Shown here: piece after piece, positions 37,390 through 50,910 of the stretch
Layout of the letters: each line of letters begins with the position of its first letter
Position numbering within the stretch: the stretch's first letter is position 1
Assembly: GCF_036321535.1 (NCBI RefSeq)
Contig: NC_087437.1
Span: 82,648,001 to 82,712,000 of the forward strand
Reading direction: 5' to 3'
Origin: Camelus dromedarius
Taxonomy: Eukaryota
DNA length: 64,000 bases
Program-made: the position numbers and the translations under genes
The notes under the pieces: model-generated
The model's database searches: none
Told to the model about the DNA's origin: nothing
The model's input: the letters and a program-made list of their open reading frames with translations, nothing else

Positions 37390-38830
37390 TTCATCTACAG
37401 TCTTACCAACCCTTAGTATTGTCTGTTAGCTTAAATTTGCCAATAGCACTATAAATTAATATCTCTTTATGACCTTAAATTACATTTTCCTAATTATTAT
37501 GAAGCATCTTGTTACAATGTGTATAGCCATTTTTCTTTGCTCTTTTGTGAAATGTCTGTTCAAGTCTTTCATTCTATTTGTTTTATTACTATTTTATTTA
37601 TGAGTTATTTATGCATTTTACATAATGTCACCATGTGACACAATTCCAAGAAACACATTCTCAAATCCAGAGGCTGCCATTTACTTAGAACAGAATGTGA
37701 TTGTCCACCTTGAAGTTGTGCAATGCTAATACCTTGATTCTGGATGCTAGTTATTTCATCCACTTAAAATGTAAACATATTCTCCAAGTTTGTGGCCCAT
37801 ATTTTTGCTGTATTTATGGTGCCTTCTGATGCACAGAAGTTCTTAATTTTAATGTTTCCTGCTTTCCTTTTTTTTTAATGGTTAGTGGTTTTGAGTCACA
37901 TTTGAGAAATCCTTCCCTAGACCAATGTAAAGATATTCTCTTACACTTCCTCTAAACAGCTTGAAGTTTTACATTTCACATTCAATTCTTCTAATCCCTC
38001 TCAAACTGAGTTTTGTGCTTTGTCTGAGGTAAGATCCAGTTTCATTTTTTCCATGTGTAATAATTGATCATTTTTCCAATGATGTACCATGTCACCTAGG
38101 TCCTATAACAATTTTTCATATATGCCAGATCTGCTTCTGGGTTCTCCAGTCTGTTCAGGTCAGTATGTTCATCTGTGCCCAATAAAACACTATCTTAATT
38201 CAAATAGCTACATAATAAATATTAATATCTAGTAGCATAAATCTCCTTATGCTACCTTATCCTGATCCTGCTTCTAGAATGGCTTGGCTCTCTTGGGCAT
38301 CCATTCTTCCATATATATTTTAAAATGAGCGAATACTGTTCCTCAAAGAAAACCAGTTGAGTTTTTGAATAGAACTGTGTGGGATCTATAGATTAATTCA
38401 GTGAGAATTGGTATCTTTATTTTGAAGTTTTTGAAGTATTTCCTAAAAGTTCCTGCAACTCTTTTGTTAGATTTATTACTAAATATCTTTTCTGTTGTCT
38501 CTATTGTAAGTATTTTCCTTTTTAAAAAATATTTTTTTGGCTTGTGCTGCAGCATAGAAGGGCACTTCATTTTGTGTATTTCTCTATGTTTCATATTTCT
38601 CTACTCTGTTAAGCTCTACTGTTGATTATAACAGTCTGTTGATTTTGTGGTGTATTCTATTTAGCCAGTAACATCATTTGCAAATAGTAATAGTTTTGTT
38701 TTCTCTTTTCCAATTCTTGTGCTTTTTTTTTTTTTACCCATTTCCTCTATTTGTTTTCTTGTCTTATTACACTAGGATCAACTGTACAATGTTAAACAGA
38801 AGTGGTGAGAGTGAGCATTTTTGCCTAATT
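37390..38830 (-). mobile_element. Ancient L1 (L1ME/L1MC-like) ORF2 fragments
   Basis: 'ttttgtgaaatgtctgttcaagtcttt', 'gcacagaagttcttaattttaatg', 'tacaatgttaaacagaagtggtgagagtgagcatt'. Confidence 0.8.
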
Positions 38831-39169
38831 GAGCCTTTTTACTCCATTCAACAAGAAATTAATCTTTTGATACATAATAGACGCAGCAAATTAAAATTCA
38901 CATCCTGGATGAGCAATAGTAGTCAGAAAAAGTACAGTTGGCAAAGATGAAGGTACCTTTTTATACTATAAATAGCTTTGAGAACATTGCAGCTCTGAAA
39001 GGGAAGAAAAATTTTTTGTATTACAATAGCTTATAAGAATGTTGAAATATTGCAGTCCAATATAATAATTGATGATTAGGGCAATGTCTTTTCTTCTCTT
39101 TACTCTTTGCTGGTTTCTCCTTCTCTGATATCTGTCAGACTCTTTACAGATATACGTGTGCACCATTCC

Positions 39170-39732
39170 ATATCCACACATTCTTCCTAAGTGGCCTTTT
39201 TCAGTGGTGTGGCTTTAATCCCACTTGTATGCCTAAAGATCCTAAATCTGTATGTCCAACTCTAATCTCTCAAGAATTATGACTTGTGTATCTAATTACT
39301 TAATTGACCTCTCTTTTTAATGGCAAGTAGGAATCTCATTTAATCCCTCCCACCTCTTCATGATCTTAGAAAATGGATCCTCAGCCACCCCACCCATTTT
39401 TCAACTTAAAAAACATAATTTTTCTTAATTCTTGTTATTTTCTTGCCACCCTTGGCTATTTCAACAAGTCATATTGACTCTATCTACAAAACCAGTAATG
39501 GGTCTGTCACCTTGCTCCATCTCAGCAATCATCACCCTAGGCCAAGTCACCATCAACATTGACTGTTTCAAGAACTTCCACATTGGATTTCTGGCTTTGA
39601 CTCCTGGTCCTCTGTGATCTATTCTCCTCCCAGGAACCACAGTGCTTTCTTAGAATACATATCATGTAAATCCTTACTTAAATCTCTCCAAAAGCTTCTT
39701 ATTGTAATTAAAATAAAATTTAAAACCCTTAT
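39170..39732 (+). mobile_element. L2 fragment
   Basis: 'ctaaatctgtatgtccaactctaatctc', 'catcaccctaggccaagtcaccatca', 'aaagcttcttattgtaattaaaataaaatttaaaacc'. Confidence 0.7.
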
Positions 39733-39734
39733 AT

Positions 39735-42700
39735 AGTTTACATCTTCTTTATCCCTTTATATGTCGATGGACACTTAAGTTGTTTATATATCTTTGCTAT
39801 TGTATATAATGCTGCTGTAAACATTGGTGTGTATGTATGTATTCAAATTAATATTTTTGCTTTCTTCAGATTTTCATGGGTGGAATTGCTGAATCATATG
39901 GTAGTTATATTTTTAGTTTTTTGAGGAACCTACATACTGCCTTCCACCGTGGCTGCACCAATTTACATTCCCACCAACTGTATACAAGGATTCCACTTTC
40001 TCCACATCTTCAACAAAGTTTGTTATTTGTGGTCTTTTTGATGATAGCCATTCTGACAGGTGTGAGGTGATATCTCATTGTGGTTTTGATTTACAGTTCT
40101 CTGATAGTTAGCAACGTTGAGCATCTTTTCATGTGCCGGTTGGCTATGTGTATGTCTTCTTTGGAAAAATGTCTGTTTAGATTGTCTGCCCATTTTTTAA
40201 TTGCATTGTTTGTTTTTTGATGTTGAGTTGTGTGAGATGTTTATATATTTTGGATATTAACCCCTTACCGGTCATATCATTTGCAAATATTTTCTCCCAT
40301 TCAGTAGGCTTTTTGTTTTTGTCCATGATTTCCTTTGCTGTGCAAAAGCTTTTAAGTTTAATTAGGTCCCATGTGTTTATTTTTGCTTTTGTTTCCTTTG
40401 CCTTAAGAGACATATTTTAAAAAATATGGTACCTCCAGCTTTGTTCTTATTTCTCAAGATTGTTTTCGGTCTTTTGTGTTTCCATACAAATTTTTTAATT
40501 ATTTATTCCGGTTCTGTGAAAAATGCTGTAAGTATTTTGGTAGGAATTGCATTGAGTCTATAGAATGCCTTGAGGAGTATGGTCATTTTAACAATATTAA
40601 TTCTTCTAATCTATGAACACAGTATATATCTCCATCTGTTTGTATCATCTTCAAATTCTTTTGTCGGTGTCTTTTGGTGTTACCAGTACCAGTCTTTTAT
40701 CTCCTTAAGTAGGTTTATTCCTAGGTATTTTCTTTGTTTTGGTAGGACTGTAAATGGAACTGGTTCCTTAATTTCTCTTTCTGATGTTTTGTTGGTAGCA
40801 CATAGAAATGCCACAGATTTCTGTGTATTAATTTTGTATTCTGAAACTTCACTGAATTCATTGATGAGCTTTAGTAGTTTGTTGGTGGCATATTTATAAT
40901 ATTTTATGTGTAGGATCATGTGATCTGCAAACAGTAACAGTTTTACTTGTTCCTTTCCAATTTGGAATCCTTTTATTTCTTTTTCTTATCTGATTGATGT
41001 GGCTGGGACTTCCAATACTATGCTGAATAAAAGTGTCCAGTGTGGGCATCCTTGTCTTACTTCTTATGTTAGAGGAAATGCTTTCAGCTTTCTACTGTTG
41101 AATGTAGTATTAGCTGTAGGCTTGTCATATATAGTCTTCATTATGTTGAGATATATTCCCTGTGTATCCACTTTGTTGAGAGTTTGTATCATAAATGAAT
41201 GTTGAAATTTGTCAGCTTTTTCTGTATCTATTGAGATTATCATATGACTTTTATTCTTCAATTTGTTAATGTGGTGTATCACATTCATTGATTTGTGGAT
41301 ATTAAGCCATCATAGCATCCCTGGGGTAAATTCCACTTGATTATGGTGCATGACCTTTTTAATGTATTATAGAATTTGGTATGCTGATATTTTGTTGAGG
41401 AGTTTTGCATGTATGTTCATCAGTAATATTGGCCTGTAATTTTATTTTTTGTGATGTTTTGGTATAAGGGTACTGTTGGCCTCATAGAATGATCTCAGAA
41501 GCATTTCTTCCTCTGCAATTTTTGGAATAGTTTGAGAAGGATAGGTTTTAACTCTTTTTTTAAATGTTTGGTAGCAGTCATCTGTGAAGCTTTCTGGTCT
41601 TGGACTTTTGTTTTTTGGGAGGCTTTTGACTACTAATTCAGTTTTATTACTGGTATTTGGTCTGTTCATGTTTTCTTTTTCCTCCTAATTCAGTCTAGGG
41701 AGTTTGTACATATATAGAGATTTATCTGTTTCTTCTAGATCATCCATTGTATTGGCATACAATTGTTCATAGTAATCTCTTATGATCTTCTGTGGTGTTA
41801 GTTAGAGCTTCTCCTTTTTTGTTTCTGATTTTTATTTATTTAGGACCTCTTTTTTCTTGATTATTCTGGCTAAAGGCTTATCAATCTTGTTTATGTTTTG
41901 AAAGAACTAGCTCTTAGCTTTTATTGATTTTTTTCTTTTTTCTTTTTTAGTTTCAATTTCTTTTATTTTTCCTCTGATCTTTATTATTTCTTTCCCTCTA
42001 CTTATTTTGGATTTTGTTTGTTCTTCTTTTTCTAGTTCCTTTAGATATAAGGTTAGACTGATACTTATCTTGCTCCCTGAGGTAGGCTTGTATCACTATA
42101 AACTTCCTTCTTTGAACTGCTTTTACTGCATCCCATATATTTTGAATTGTTGTGTTCCACTTTCATTTGTCTCCAGGTATTTTCTGATTTCCTCTTTAAT
42201 TTCTTCAGTGACCCATTGGATGTTTAGTAGCATATTTTTTAGCCTCCACGTATTTGTGTTTTTTCAGGGTTTGTTTTTTGTATTTGATCTCTAATCTCAT
42301 TAACATTGTAGTTGGAAAAAATGTTTGATACAATTTAAGTCTTTAATTTATTGAGATTTGCTTTGTAGCCTAGCATGTAATCCATCCTGGAGAATGTTCC
42401 ATGTGCACTTGTGAAGAGTATATATTCTGCTACTTTTGGATGGAATAGTCTACATGTATTTTTTAAATCCATTAAGTCTAATGTGTTTTTTAAGACCAGT
42501 GTTTCGTTATTGCTTTTCTGTCTGGATAATCTGCCCATTGGAGTAAGCAGGGGTACTAAAATCCCTGAAAATTATTGTGTCACTGTCAATTTCTCCCTTT
42601 ATGTTTGTTAATATTTGCTATATATATTTAGGTGCTCATACGTTGGATGCATATATATTTACAATTGTTATGATTGTTATATCTTCTTGTTGAATTAATC

Positions 42701-44515
42701 CCTTTTTCATTATATAATGTCCTTTTCTGTTTCTCATTACAGTCTTTGTTTCAGTCTATTTTATCTGATACAAGTACTGTCTTCCTACTTTCTTTTTGTT
42801 TCCGTTTGCATGGAGTACCTTTTTCCATTCCTTCACTTTCAGTCTGTCTGTGTCTTTAGCTCTGTAGTGAGTCTCTTGTGGCAGCATATATATAGATCTT
42901 GCTTTTTAATCCATTCAGCCACTCTACATCTTGATTGGAGTATTTAGTCCATTTACATTTAAAGTAATTATTAATATTATTAATTGTTGCCATTTTGTTG
43001 ATTGTTTTCAGTTTGTTTTGTGGTTCTTTTTTGTTCCTATCTTCTTCTTTTGCTCTGTTGCCTTATGATTTGATGACTACAGTTATGTTTGGATTTCTTT
43101 CTCTTTTTTGTGCATATCTATTAAAGATTTTTAGTTATTGGTTGCCATGAGGTTAATGTATAACAACCTGTATATAACATGTTTAATTTATGTTGGTTTT
43201 CTCTTTTTTAGTTTGAACGTATTTTAACAACCCTACATTTTTACTGCTACCCCACAATAATGCTTTTGACATTACCGTTTATATATTTTTGTTTTGTGTA
43301 TCCCTTAACTATATATTGTGTATGCAGATTATTTTGTTTTTTAAGCTTCCTATTAGCTTTGTAAATGGTTGAAACACAAATCTTATTGTATATTTGCCTT
43401 TACCAATGAGACTCTTCTTTTTGTAATTTTCATAGTTCTGAGTGGGTGGGTGTGGGGGTGTGTGTGTGTCTGTGTGTTTGACTTAGAGAAGTCCCTTTAA
43501 CATTTCTTATAAAGCTGGATTAGTGGTATTAAACTATTTTAGCTTTGCATGTCTGTAAAACTCTATCTCTCCATTGTATCAAAATGATAGACTTTCTGGT
43601 TAGATTATTCTTGGGTGTAGCTTTTTCCTTTTCATCACTTTAAATATATTATGCCACTCCCTTCTGGCCTGCAAAGTTTCTACTGAAAAGTCAGCTGACA
43701 ATCTTATGGGAGTTCCCTTGTATGTAACTAGTTGCTTTTCCTTTGTTGCTTTAAAATTCTCTACCTTTAATTTTTGCTATTTTAATTACAGTGTGTCTTT
43801 GTGTGGATCTCTTTGTGTTCATCTTGTTTGGGACTCTCAGTGCTTCCTGGACCTGGATGTCTGTTTCCTTTCTTAGATTAGGGAAGTTTTCAGCTATTGT
43901 CTCTTCAAATAAGTTCTCTGCCCCTTTTTTATTCTTCTAGGACCCCTAAAATGTGAATGTAGACATGCTTGATGTTGTTTCAGAGGTCTCAAACTGTCCT
44001 CATTTTCTTAAGTTCTTCTTTCTTTTTTCTGTTTATCTTGGGTAATTTCCAGTACTTTGTCTTCCATTTTACTGACCTGTTTCTTTGTATCATTTAATCT
44101 ACTGTTGATTACTTCTAGTATATTTTTTGTCTCAGTTCTTATACCCTTCAGCTCTGTTTTGTTCTTATTTATATTTTCTAACTCTTTGTTAAATTTGTCA
44201 TTATGTTTATCCATTCTTCTTCCAAGTTTGTTGAGCATCTTTATGATCATTACCTTGAACTCTTTATTAGGTTGCTTATTTCCACTTCATTTAGTTCTTC
44301 TGTGGTTTTATCTTGTTTCTTCATTTGGAGCATACTCCTCTGTTGCCACATGTTGCCTAAATCTCTGTTTTTATTTCTATGTATTAGGTAGGTCAGTTAC
44401 ATGTCCTGATCTTGGAGAAGTTACCTTATGTTGGGGACATCCTATAGGGTCCAGCAACACATTCCCCTATGGTCACCAGAGCTGTATGCTCTAGGAGAGC
44501 CCCCTCTGTGGGCCA
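39735..44515 (-). mobile_element. Long L1, antisense (ORF1 and most of ORF2; 3' end missing; internal deletion near 40425)
   Basis: Minus-strand peptides: ORF1 coiled coil (MIIKMLNKLGRRMDKHNDKFNKELENI, 44008-44250), EN region (FTSAHGTFSRMDYMLGYK), RT region ([48 protein letters not shown]). Confidence 0.95.
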
Positions 44516-44984
44516 AATGTAGTATGCCCTCAGAAACAATTCTTAGAAGTATTTGTAGATATTTGACTAAAAAAATATGAAGGGCAAAGAGATACGGTTG
44601 TATAGATGATTGGTAGGGACTTGGTAGAAATATAAGTTTTCCCTTTCTTTGTACAAGTTTGAGGCAAGTTACACACTGAAGTTGTTAGAAAGCATAAATT
44701 CTTATGACAATTCACTCACTTAGGATAATATTCAGAACAATTGTTTAACTTCAATGATTTTGACTGTGTGATGCATTTGATCTTTTTTATGGAGATCAGT
44801 AGCTGAGACAAGTGAATAGAAAAGATGTAAGCAAAAATGAGTGTGATGTATCCAAAGAATTTAATGCTCTTTTAATATACTATACTTTGCTTCTGTAATT
44901 TTGCTCATAGGAAAGTATCTTAAATAATGATCATAAATAAAGTACTATGTACAAAGATATTCCTTTTTTAATAAAAGACTCAAA

Positions 44985-45180
44985 TTTTTAATTTTATGAG
45001 ATTGGCAAGGATATAGGGAATGTATTCACCTCATATTAATATAATTGTATGTTAATGGACAGTTTTTCTGGAGATAAATTAGGACCAAAATATATGAAGG
45101 TCTTTAATGTTGTACAAACTCTGTGACTGAGCGATTCCACTTCTAGGAATTTACTCTGAAGGTATAATTGCAAAAAATTC
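44985..45180 (+). mobile_element. Ancient L1 fragment
   Basis: 'ctgtgactgagcgattccacttctaggaatttactctgaagg'. Confidence 0.5.
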
Positions 45181-45239
45181 TTCAAAATAAGTTTGAGTCA
45201 CGGTTCCAAAGTTCACTTTATATAGGAAAAGTATGCAAA

Positions 45240-45280
45240 TAAATGGCCATGGCTGTGTTCCAATAAAACTTTATTTTTAA
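45240..45280. mobile_element. MER58-like hAT fragment
   Basis: 'aaatggccatggctgtgttccaataaaactttattt' matches the recalled MER58 core. Confidence 0.55.
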
Positions 45281-47079
45281 GAAAAGTGATATGTACACTG
45301 TGTAGTCAGTCACAGCCTGTTTCATTTCTACCTTTTAAATACAGAAATAATCATCCTATTCTAATGAGTAAAGATATGAATCCACAAGATAAAACCTAAC
45401 ATCCTTCTGTTCATTATGTGAAAGGCCCTATCCAAATCCTATGTGGAAAAATTCAAAAGATAATGGGTAACATTATTCCTTGTTTCATTTATCTTAATTG
45501 CATGTGCAATTTTAGTGGTGACTTTTTATACTTTCTTGAAAGATATACTTTTCTTCTGCAGGTACTCAATACTGAACAATATTCCATTACCAATATAAAC
45601 ATTTACCAACCCTTAATGACACAATAACATGGAAAATTCTTGACATGTTCTTTGTCAATTAAATTAGCTTCTATAAACATCTAATTAATTTCTAGATCAT
45701 ATCAATGAAAGCATTATATTTCAAGTAAGTTCCAAAGAATGGAAAAAAGAAATCTTGGTACTCTTGGAAAATATTTTTTATATATAAGAATGTTAAAAAA
45801 ACTTCCATTATGCTTTCAGTATGCTTTTAAAAATAAGTGTTTTATTTCTGTTGGGCCATGGAGAAACCACATTGTTGTTTAAATATAGTCTTAAATACTT
45901 AGAACACAGGTTTAGTTTAATTATCTTATCCTGGTAAACTGAGACTTCTTTAATTAAACCTTTAAGCAAGAAACAGTGTCCATCTGTGCCTCTAGATTTG
46001 ATCTGATTGATGAGTGCCAAGGCATAAATTTGATTGATAAGATCAGTGTATTACAAAATGGGCCCTATGGAGATGTAGAGATAAAGCAGGATAGAGTTGA
46101 CTCTTCCTGCCTCTCAGTGGAACCACGCTTGGCACTGCAGGGCCAACAGCCATGGGGCTATCTCATAGCTGGGAAGAGCACCATTGGCATTCCGATAGGG
46201 GTGCTGATCATGGGCAGTGTCAGCTGAGCCAGCCATGAGGCTTCTCTAAGGGTGTTTGAAGATAGCAGACATGGCCCAACAAGAGACAAAAGGAAAAACA
46301 ACAATATGTCAATGTTAACTGTAGCTGACGTACTGTTTGGGAGAGAGAGAATTTTTGAGGACACTCAGAAATAATTAGGGTATACGTGAGGTGGTTATGA
46401 GATCCTATTACAGGAGCAGGGGTTAAAATTAAATGTGACCTCCATTTTAGACTGACAAGAAAGACCAGAACATACAGGCTCTACATAGAAAACACAAAGG
46501 AAGACATTCAACAAGAAGCTTATCTCAGTGACTTATAAGGATCCTACAACTATGACTAACATAATAAAGGCCAATGTATTGCATTAAAGGTGATCTAAGT
46601 GACTATAGGACTAAACTGATGTCTCTCTTTGACTAAAAAAGTATGACTATCCTCTCTTATCATTTACTTGTATCCCTCTCAAAACTGCCCACTCAAATGA
46701 AAAGAAATTTTTCAGGTGGAAGATGAGTACTATCTGGCCAAACGTATGTTTCACTTCACTGCCGTGATAGAAATGCCAAAGAGGTTATCATGCTTCTTTG
46801 GTACCAAAAAAAAAAAGAGTACAGCCACTTCCCCCTCCCTCAAAGACTTCATAGTCTTGACATAGAGAATACAATGTTAAAGTGACCTATATAATGAGAT
46901 GAGCTTGTGAATTATAATAAAATAAATTATAATAAAATATTCATCCAGGTTATCTGAGACTGACTTGTACAGTATAAGTTTGGGGATATTAATATTTGTG
47001 GCTCAGAAAAGATTAATACAGTACACAAAAATGGGGTCAGCTGATATTGACAGCCATGTTGTTTATAAGATTATGAAAA

Positions 47080-48002
47080 AAGTAGGTTCAGTATATAACT
47101 GCATGTTTTTAAACATAGATTTCATTATTATCCAGGTATGATGGGGCCAAAAGATCAGGAGATGACTGGCATTGAAAAGACAGTTGTTATTCATGGATCT
47201 CAATAGAAGGAGGCACACAACACCATAAGGGACCACATAGGGAAGCACCGAGGTCAGTCAGGGGGCAGTGTGAGGGGAAAACATGGACAAGAGCTTTTCT
47301 TTCTTTTTTTTAATTGGAATATAATTGATTTACAGTGTTGTGTTAGTTTCTGGTATACAGCATAGTGATTCAGTTGTACATATATAGACATTCTTTTTCA
47401 TATTCTTTTCCATTGTAAGTTATTATAAGGTATTGCATATAGTTCCCTATGCTATACAGTAGGACCTTGTTGTTTATCTATTTTACTTATAGTAGTTTGT
47501 ATCTGCTAATCTTGAGCTCTTAATTAACCCCTCCCCATCCCCTTTCCTTTTTGGTAACTAAGTTTATTTTCTGTGAGTCTGTTTCTGTTTTATAAATAGG
47601 GTCATTTGTATCTTTTTTTTTTTTTTAGGTTCCACGTATAGATGATATCAGGTGATATTTGCCTTTAGACAAGAGTCTTTCTTGTGGTTTCTGGAGGAAG
47701 ACAAGGTAAGCAGGCTTAGAACTGGCTAGTCTAAAAATTTCAGCAGGCTCTGGAGCATAGGAGCTATCCCTACTTGTCTGGTACCTAGTCTTGAGGTGAC
47801 TAGGGCAGACAGAGAGGCCCAGGAGTGTGAGAGCACTGTAAACAAGGTGGTTGAGGTCTGAGCTCTGGATTGGTTGGTTTGCATATAACAGGTATGCTGG
47901 AAGACTTGCTATCTCTAGGAATTAGCTAACCTTGGGAAGCAATCCTATCAGGATCAGGATCAAAGTGTTAGTCTCTAAAAATAAGAGAAATGGTTAATAC
48001 AC
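47080..48002 (-). mobile_element. ERVL-class solo LTR (MER76/MER74-like), split by a short L1
   Basis: 'ccaggtatgatggggccaaaagatcaggagatgactggcattgaaaagacagttgtt', 'cacatagggaagcaccgaggtcagtcagg', 'ggattggttggtttgcatat', ends 'ggttaataca'. Confidence 0.75.
47302..47667 (-). mobile_element. Artiodactyl-type L1 3' end (~365 bp) with TSD
   Basis: T-tract, then 'ttgatttacagtgttgtgttagtttctggtatacagcatagtgattcag...atagttccctatgctatacagtaggacc'. TSD gacaagagcttttctt (47286-47301) / gacaagagtctttctt (47668-47683). Confidence 0.9.
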
Positions 48003-49059
48003 TGTGTTAGCCTATTCCAAATGGGTAGAAATTTCTGGACTGGTCAGAGAGTTGGATTTGGATGTAAATTTACACAAGTGGGGCAGTGAGACCTGGAAAA
48101 CTCACTCCGAGGCTAAAAAAAAGCAAGTTCTCAGTTTGAAGCTTGCTGAAGGACTCACTGCACATCAATGTTATTTTTAAAGGTAAAAATGAACATGAGC
48201 TGGAATAATAGAAAAGTAGTACGGAAAGACATTGCAGCAACCCTCTCCTCCAGGCTTGGCATTAGTCAGACCTTTGTTAGAGTGTAGCTTGTGCCTGGTT
48301 AGATCTCTGCTGCCCCCACCCCAACCCAGAGGGAGATGGAAAATCAGTTGCCAAGGAGCAACCAAAGATAGGGTGGGAAATAGGCCTGCCATCGTCTGGA
48401 CTAATGGGGAGGAGAGTGGGCAAAGGTATTGTCACTTTACAAAACAGAATTAAAGTCACATTTTTTTTTCGAGAATGTTCAAAGTCAGACAGACATGCAC
48501 ACACCACCACTCTTCTTTGCTAAGACCAAATGCTCTTTTGCTCACACCTATTGCTTTCAGCTAAAGGTCTGAAAATGTAAATTTGGAAAGATGTATTTCC
48601 AATTGTGACCATAGAAGTAAAAGTCCGTTTGTTGATAACTGAAAGTCTGCTCACTCTCTCTGAAGTGTTCACAATTTAAACTTTAGAACACAAACCTGAG
48701 ACAGATTGCTGAATAAATCACCTTCTTTTGGCATCCCTCACCGTCTTGTTCTTCTGCCCGGCCCCAGTGTCCTTGTAATGCCCCTTGCGTGGTCTGGCTG
48801 GGTCTGGTCCTTCCTTGCATTCCTGACCGCTCCATCTGTGCCGAGAGTTACTCTCACTTCCTTGTTTTGGAAATTGTGTCTACCCTAGAGTCATCTGAAA
48901 AGGACGGTGGGTTCCCCATAAGATGAGCAAAATAGTGAGTCAGATCCTTCCCAGAAGTTCTTTGCAGAGGAGAAAAGAAATGAATGCCACAGGCAGATTC
49001 ATACCTTGGGTCTGCATGCCACATAACACTGTCCTCTTCTGCATCTCTCCCAGAAAAGT

Positions 49060-49620
49060 GATACATATCTTAACCAGAGCATTAATTAAACAAGTCGTTG
49101 AGTAACTTTGGGGTGTCAAGTCCTATATTAGGCCTCTTGGAGTATATTAAAAGACACAGAACCTAATTCTGACTTTCAGGAAATTCGCAATTTAATTTTA
49201 GAAACAACAAAGTCATACCCACGAAAAGTTAGCAATATGTGATGCCAGTACAAAAGAAGCCCCAAGGCAGGTTTTAATTAAGTGCCAATTAAAAAGAGAC
49301 AACGTCTGTGGACACAGAGGTCTGGGAAGTGCCATGGGGGAGGCAGGATATGAGTGAGGCCTTTAAAAATGGGTAGGATTTGAAGAGGCAAAAACCAGAC
49401 TTGTGGCACAGGGCGGGGAGGAGGACAAGGCGTACTACGAGAACGGGAAGACCAGGACAGGCAGAGCGCAGCTCATGTGGAGCAGAAGTGTCACCCGAAA
49501 TTTGATAACTAGGTTGTAAGAGGTCCTACTTGTTTGTCAGGTTTCTGGAAGGGTCTGGGAGGAAAGGGTTAGAGCAAATATTATAAAAGTGAGCTTTTGG
49601 AAAGATTTATTTTATGATGC
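49060..49620 (-). mobile_element. L2 fragments
   Basis: 'cattaattaaacaagtcgttgagtaac', 'tgagtgaggcctttaaaaatgggtaggatttgaagaggca'. Confidence 0.55.
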
Positions 49621-50389
49621 CAAAATCTCCAGGTCTCCCTAGTAGATCCAAGTGCCTACTCTGCCCCTCGAGATACTCAGAAATAATCTATCATATGCAA
49701 TGTTCCTAGCCTTCCTGGTTCACGTCCAAAGGGACAGAATCCGCAGACATCCAAAGTGGTCCAGGCTGTCACCCCTGGAAAAATCTGTACCTCTTTCCCC
49801 TCTAACCCCAGACCACTCCCCTCCCTTTCCCCTGCCTTCAGCAGTATCCTAGGGAGTTTTATGAGGGAAAATCCGCCTTGAAATCCTCAACTGCTTCATT
49901 AACGTTCCCTCTTCTTTCCTTGTCTCCTGTAAGATCACTTCCTCTGTGCCCCTTCCCAATGGAAGCTGCACCTTCTACACTACTCCCACCTCCCCTATCC
50001 AAGGGTTACAGGGTTGCAAAGGGTAGCTGGTATCATCCTACAAAGGCTTTCCAAGACTCCTTCAGAAGTGACCCTTTTGTTAAAATAGGTAGAAAGATCA
50101 TGCACACAGACGTGCATACAAACATGCATACATACATACCTTGCTCCAGAGCCTAATGCCATTACCAGTTAGCCACACCCCTGCTATACTCCTCCTTGCG
50201 GTCATCCACACACCCGCCCAGCCCAGCCTGTCACTGGAGGTGCTGGTGTAGGCTTAAGCTTTCCCTTCATCCTGACTTCTACCATTATCCTCATTGACTT
50301 CAACATCTTGTGAAAAATTCTTGTGAAAAATCATTCAGTGTTTCTCACTGCTCATAGTTCTAAGCATGGTCTACACAGACTGGCCAGAT

Positions 50390-50690
50390 GAGTGCATCTC
50401 TCAACCTCGGAAATTCCCACTCTTTAAACACACTCTGTGCTAGTCCATACTGGCCTTCTTTCAGTCCTTGGAATATTCTAGGTTCATTCCCATTTCAAGG
50501 TCTTTGCATAGACTGGGCTTCCTTGTTAGAACAGTGAGACTCTCCCATCTCCCAAAGCGTCCTAGTTTCTTCCTTCCACAACCCTAATTCCTACTAGTCT
50601 CTACTCATCCTTCAGCTCTCAGTCCAAATGGCCTCGCCACAGGTAAACGTTTCCACACTAAACTCATCTCGAACCCACACAGAGTACAGT
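50390..50690 (+). mobile_element. L2 fragment
   Basis: 'ccatactggccttctttcagtccttggaat..tcaaggtctttgcatagactg', 'ctactcatccttcagctctcagtccaaatg'. Confidence 0.65.
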
Positions 50691-50695
50691 TGAGA

Positions 50696-50910
50696 AGTGA
50701 TTCTCAACAAGGGGAACATTTCTCCCCCAGAGAACATTTGGCAATGTTTGGAGATCATTTTGTTTCTCACCACTGGGGAGGTGCTACTGGCATGTAGCAG
50801 GCAGAGGCCAGGGGTGCTGCTAAACATCCTACAATGCACACAGTACAGCCCCCCACAACAAGGAGCTGTCCTGTACAAAATGTCAATAGTGTCAAGTTTG
50901 AGAAACCCTG
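50696..50910 (+). mobile_element. MER20 hAT-Charlie MITE
   Basis: 'agtgattctcaac..acatttggcaatgtttggagatcatttt..gctactggcat..gaggccagggg..gctaaacatcctacaatgcaca..aaaatgtcaatagtgtcaagtttgagaaaccctg'. Confidence 0.92.

Noticed and set aside
46390..46720. ERV1-like LTR start ('cctccattttagactga')
   Set aside because: Ends and TSD could not be defined.
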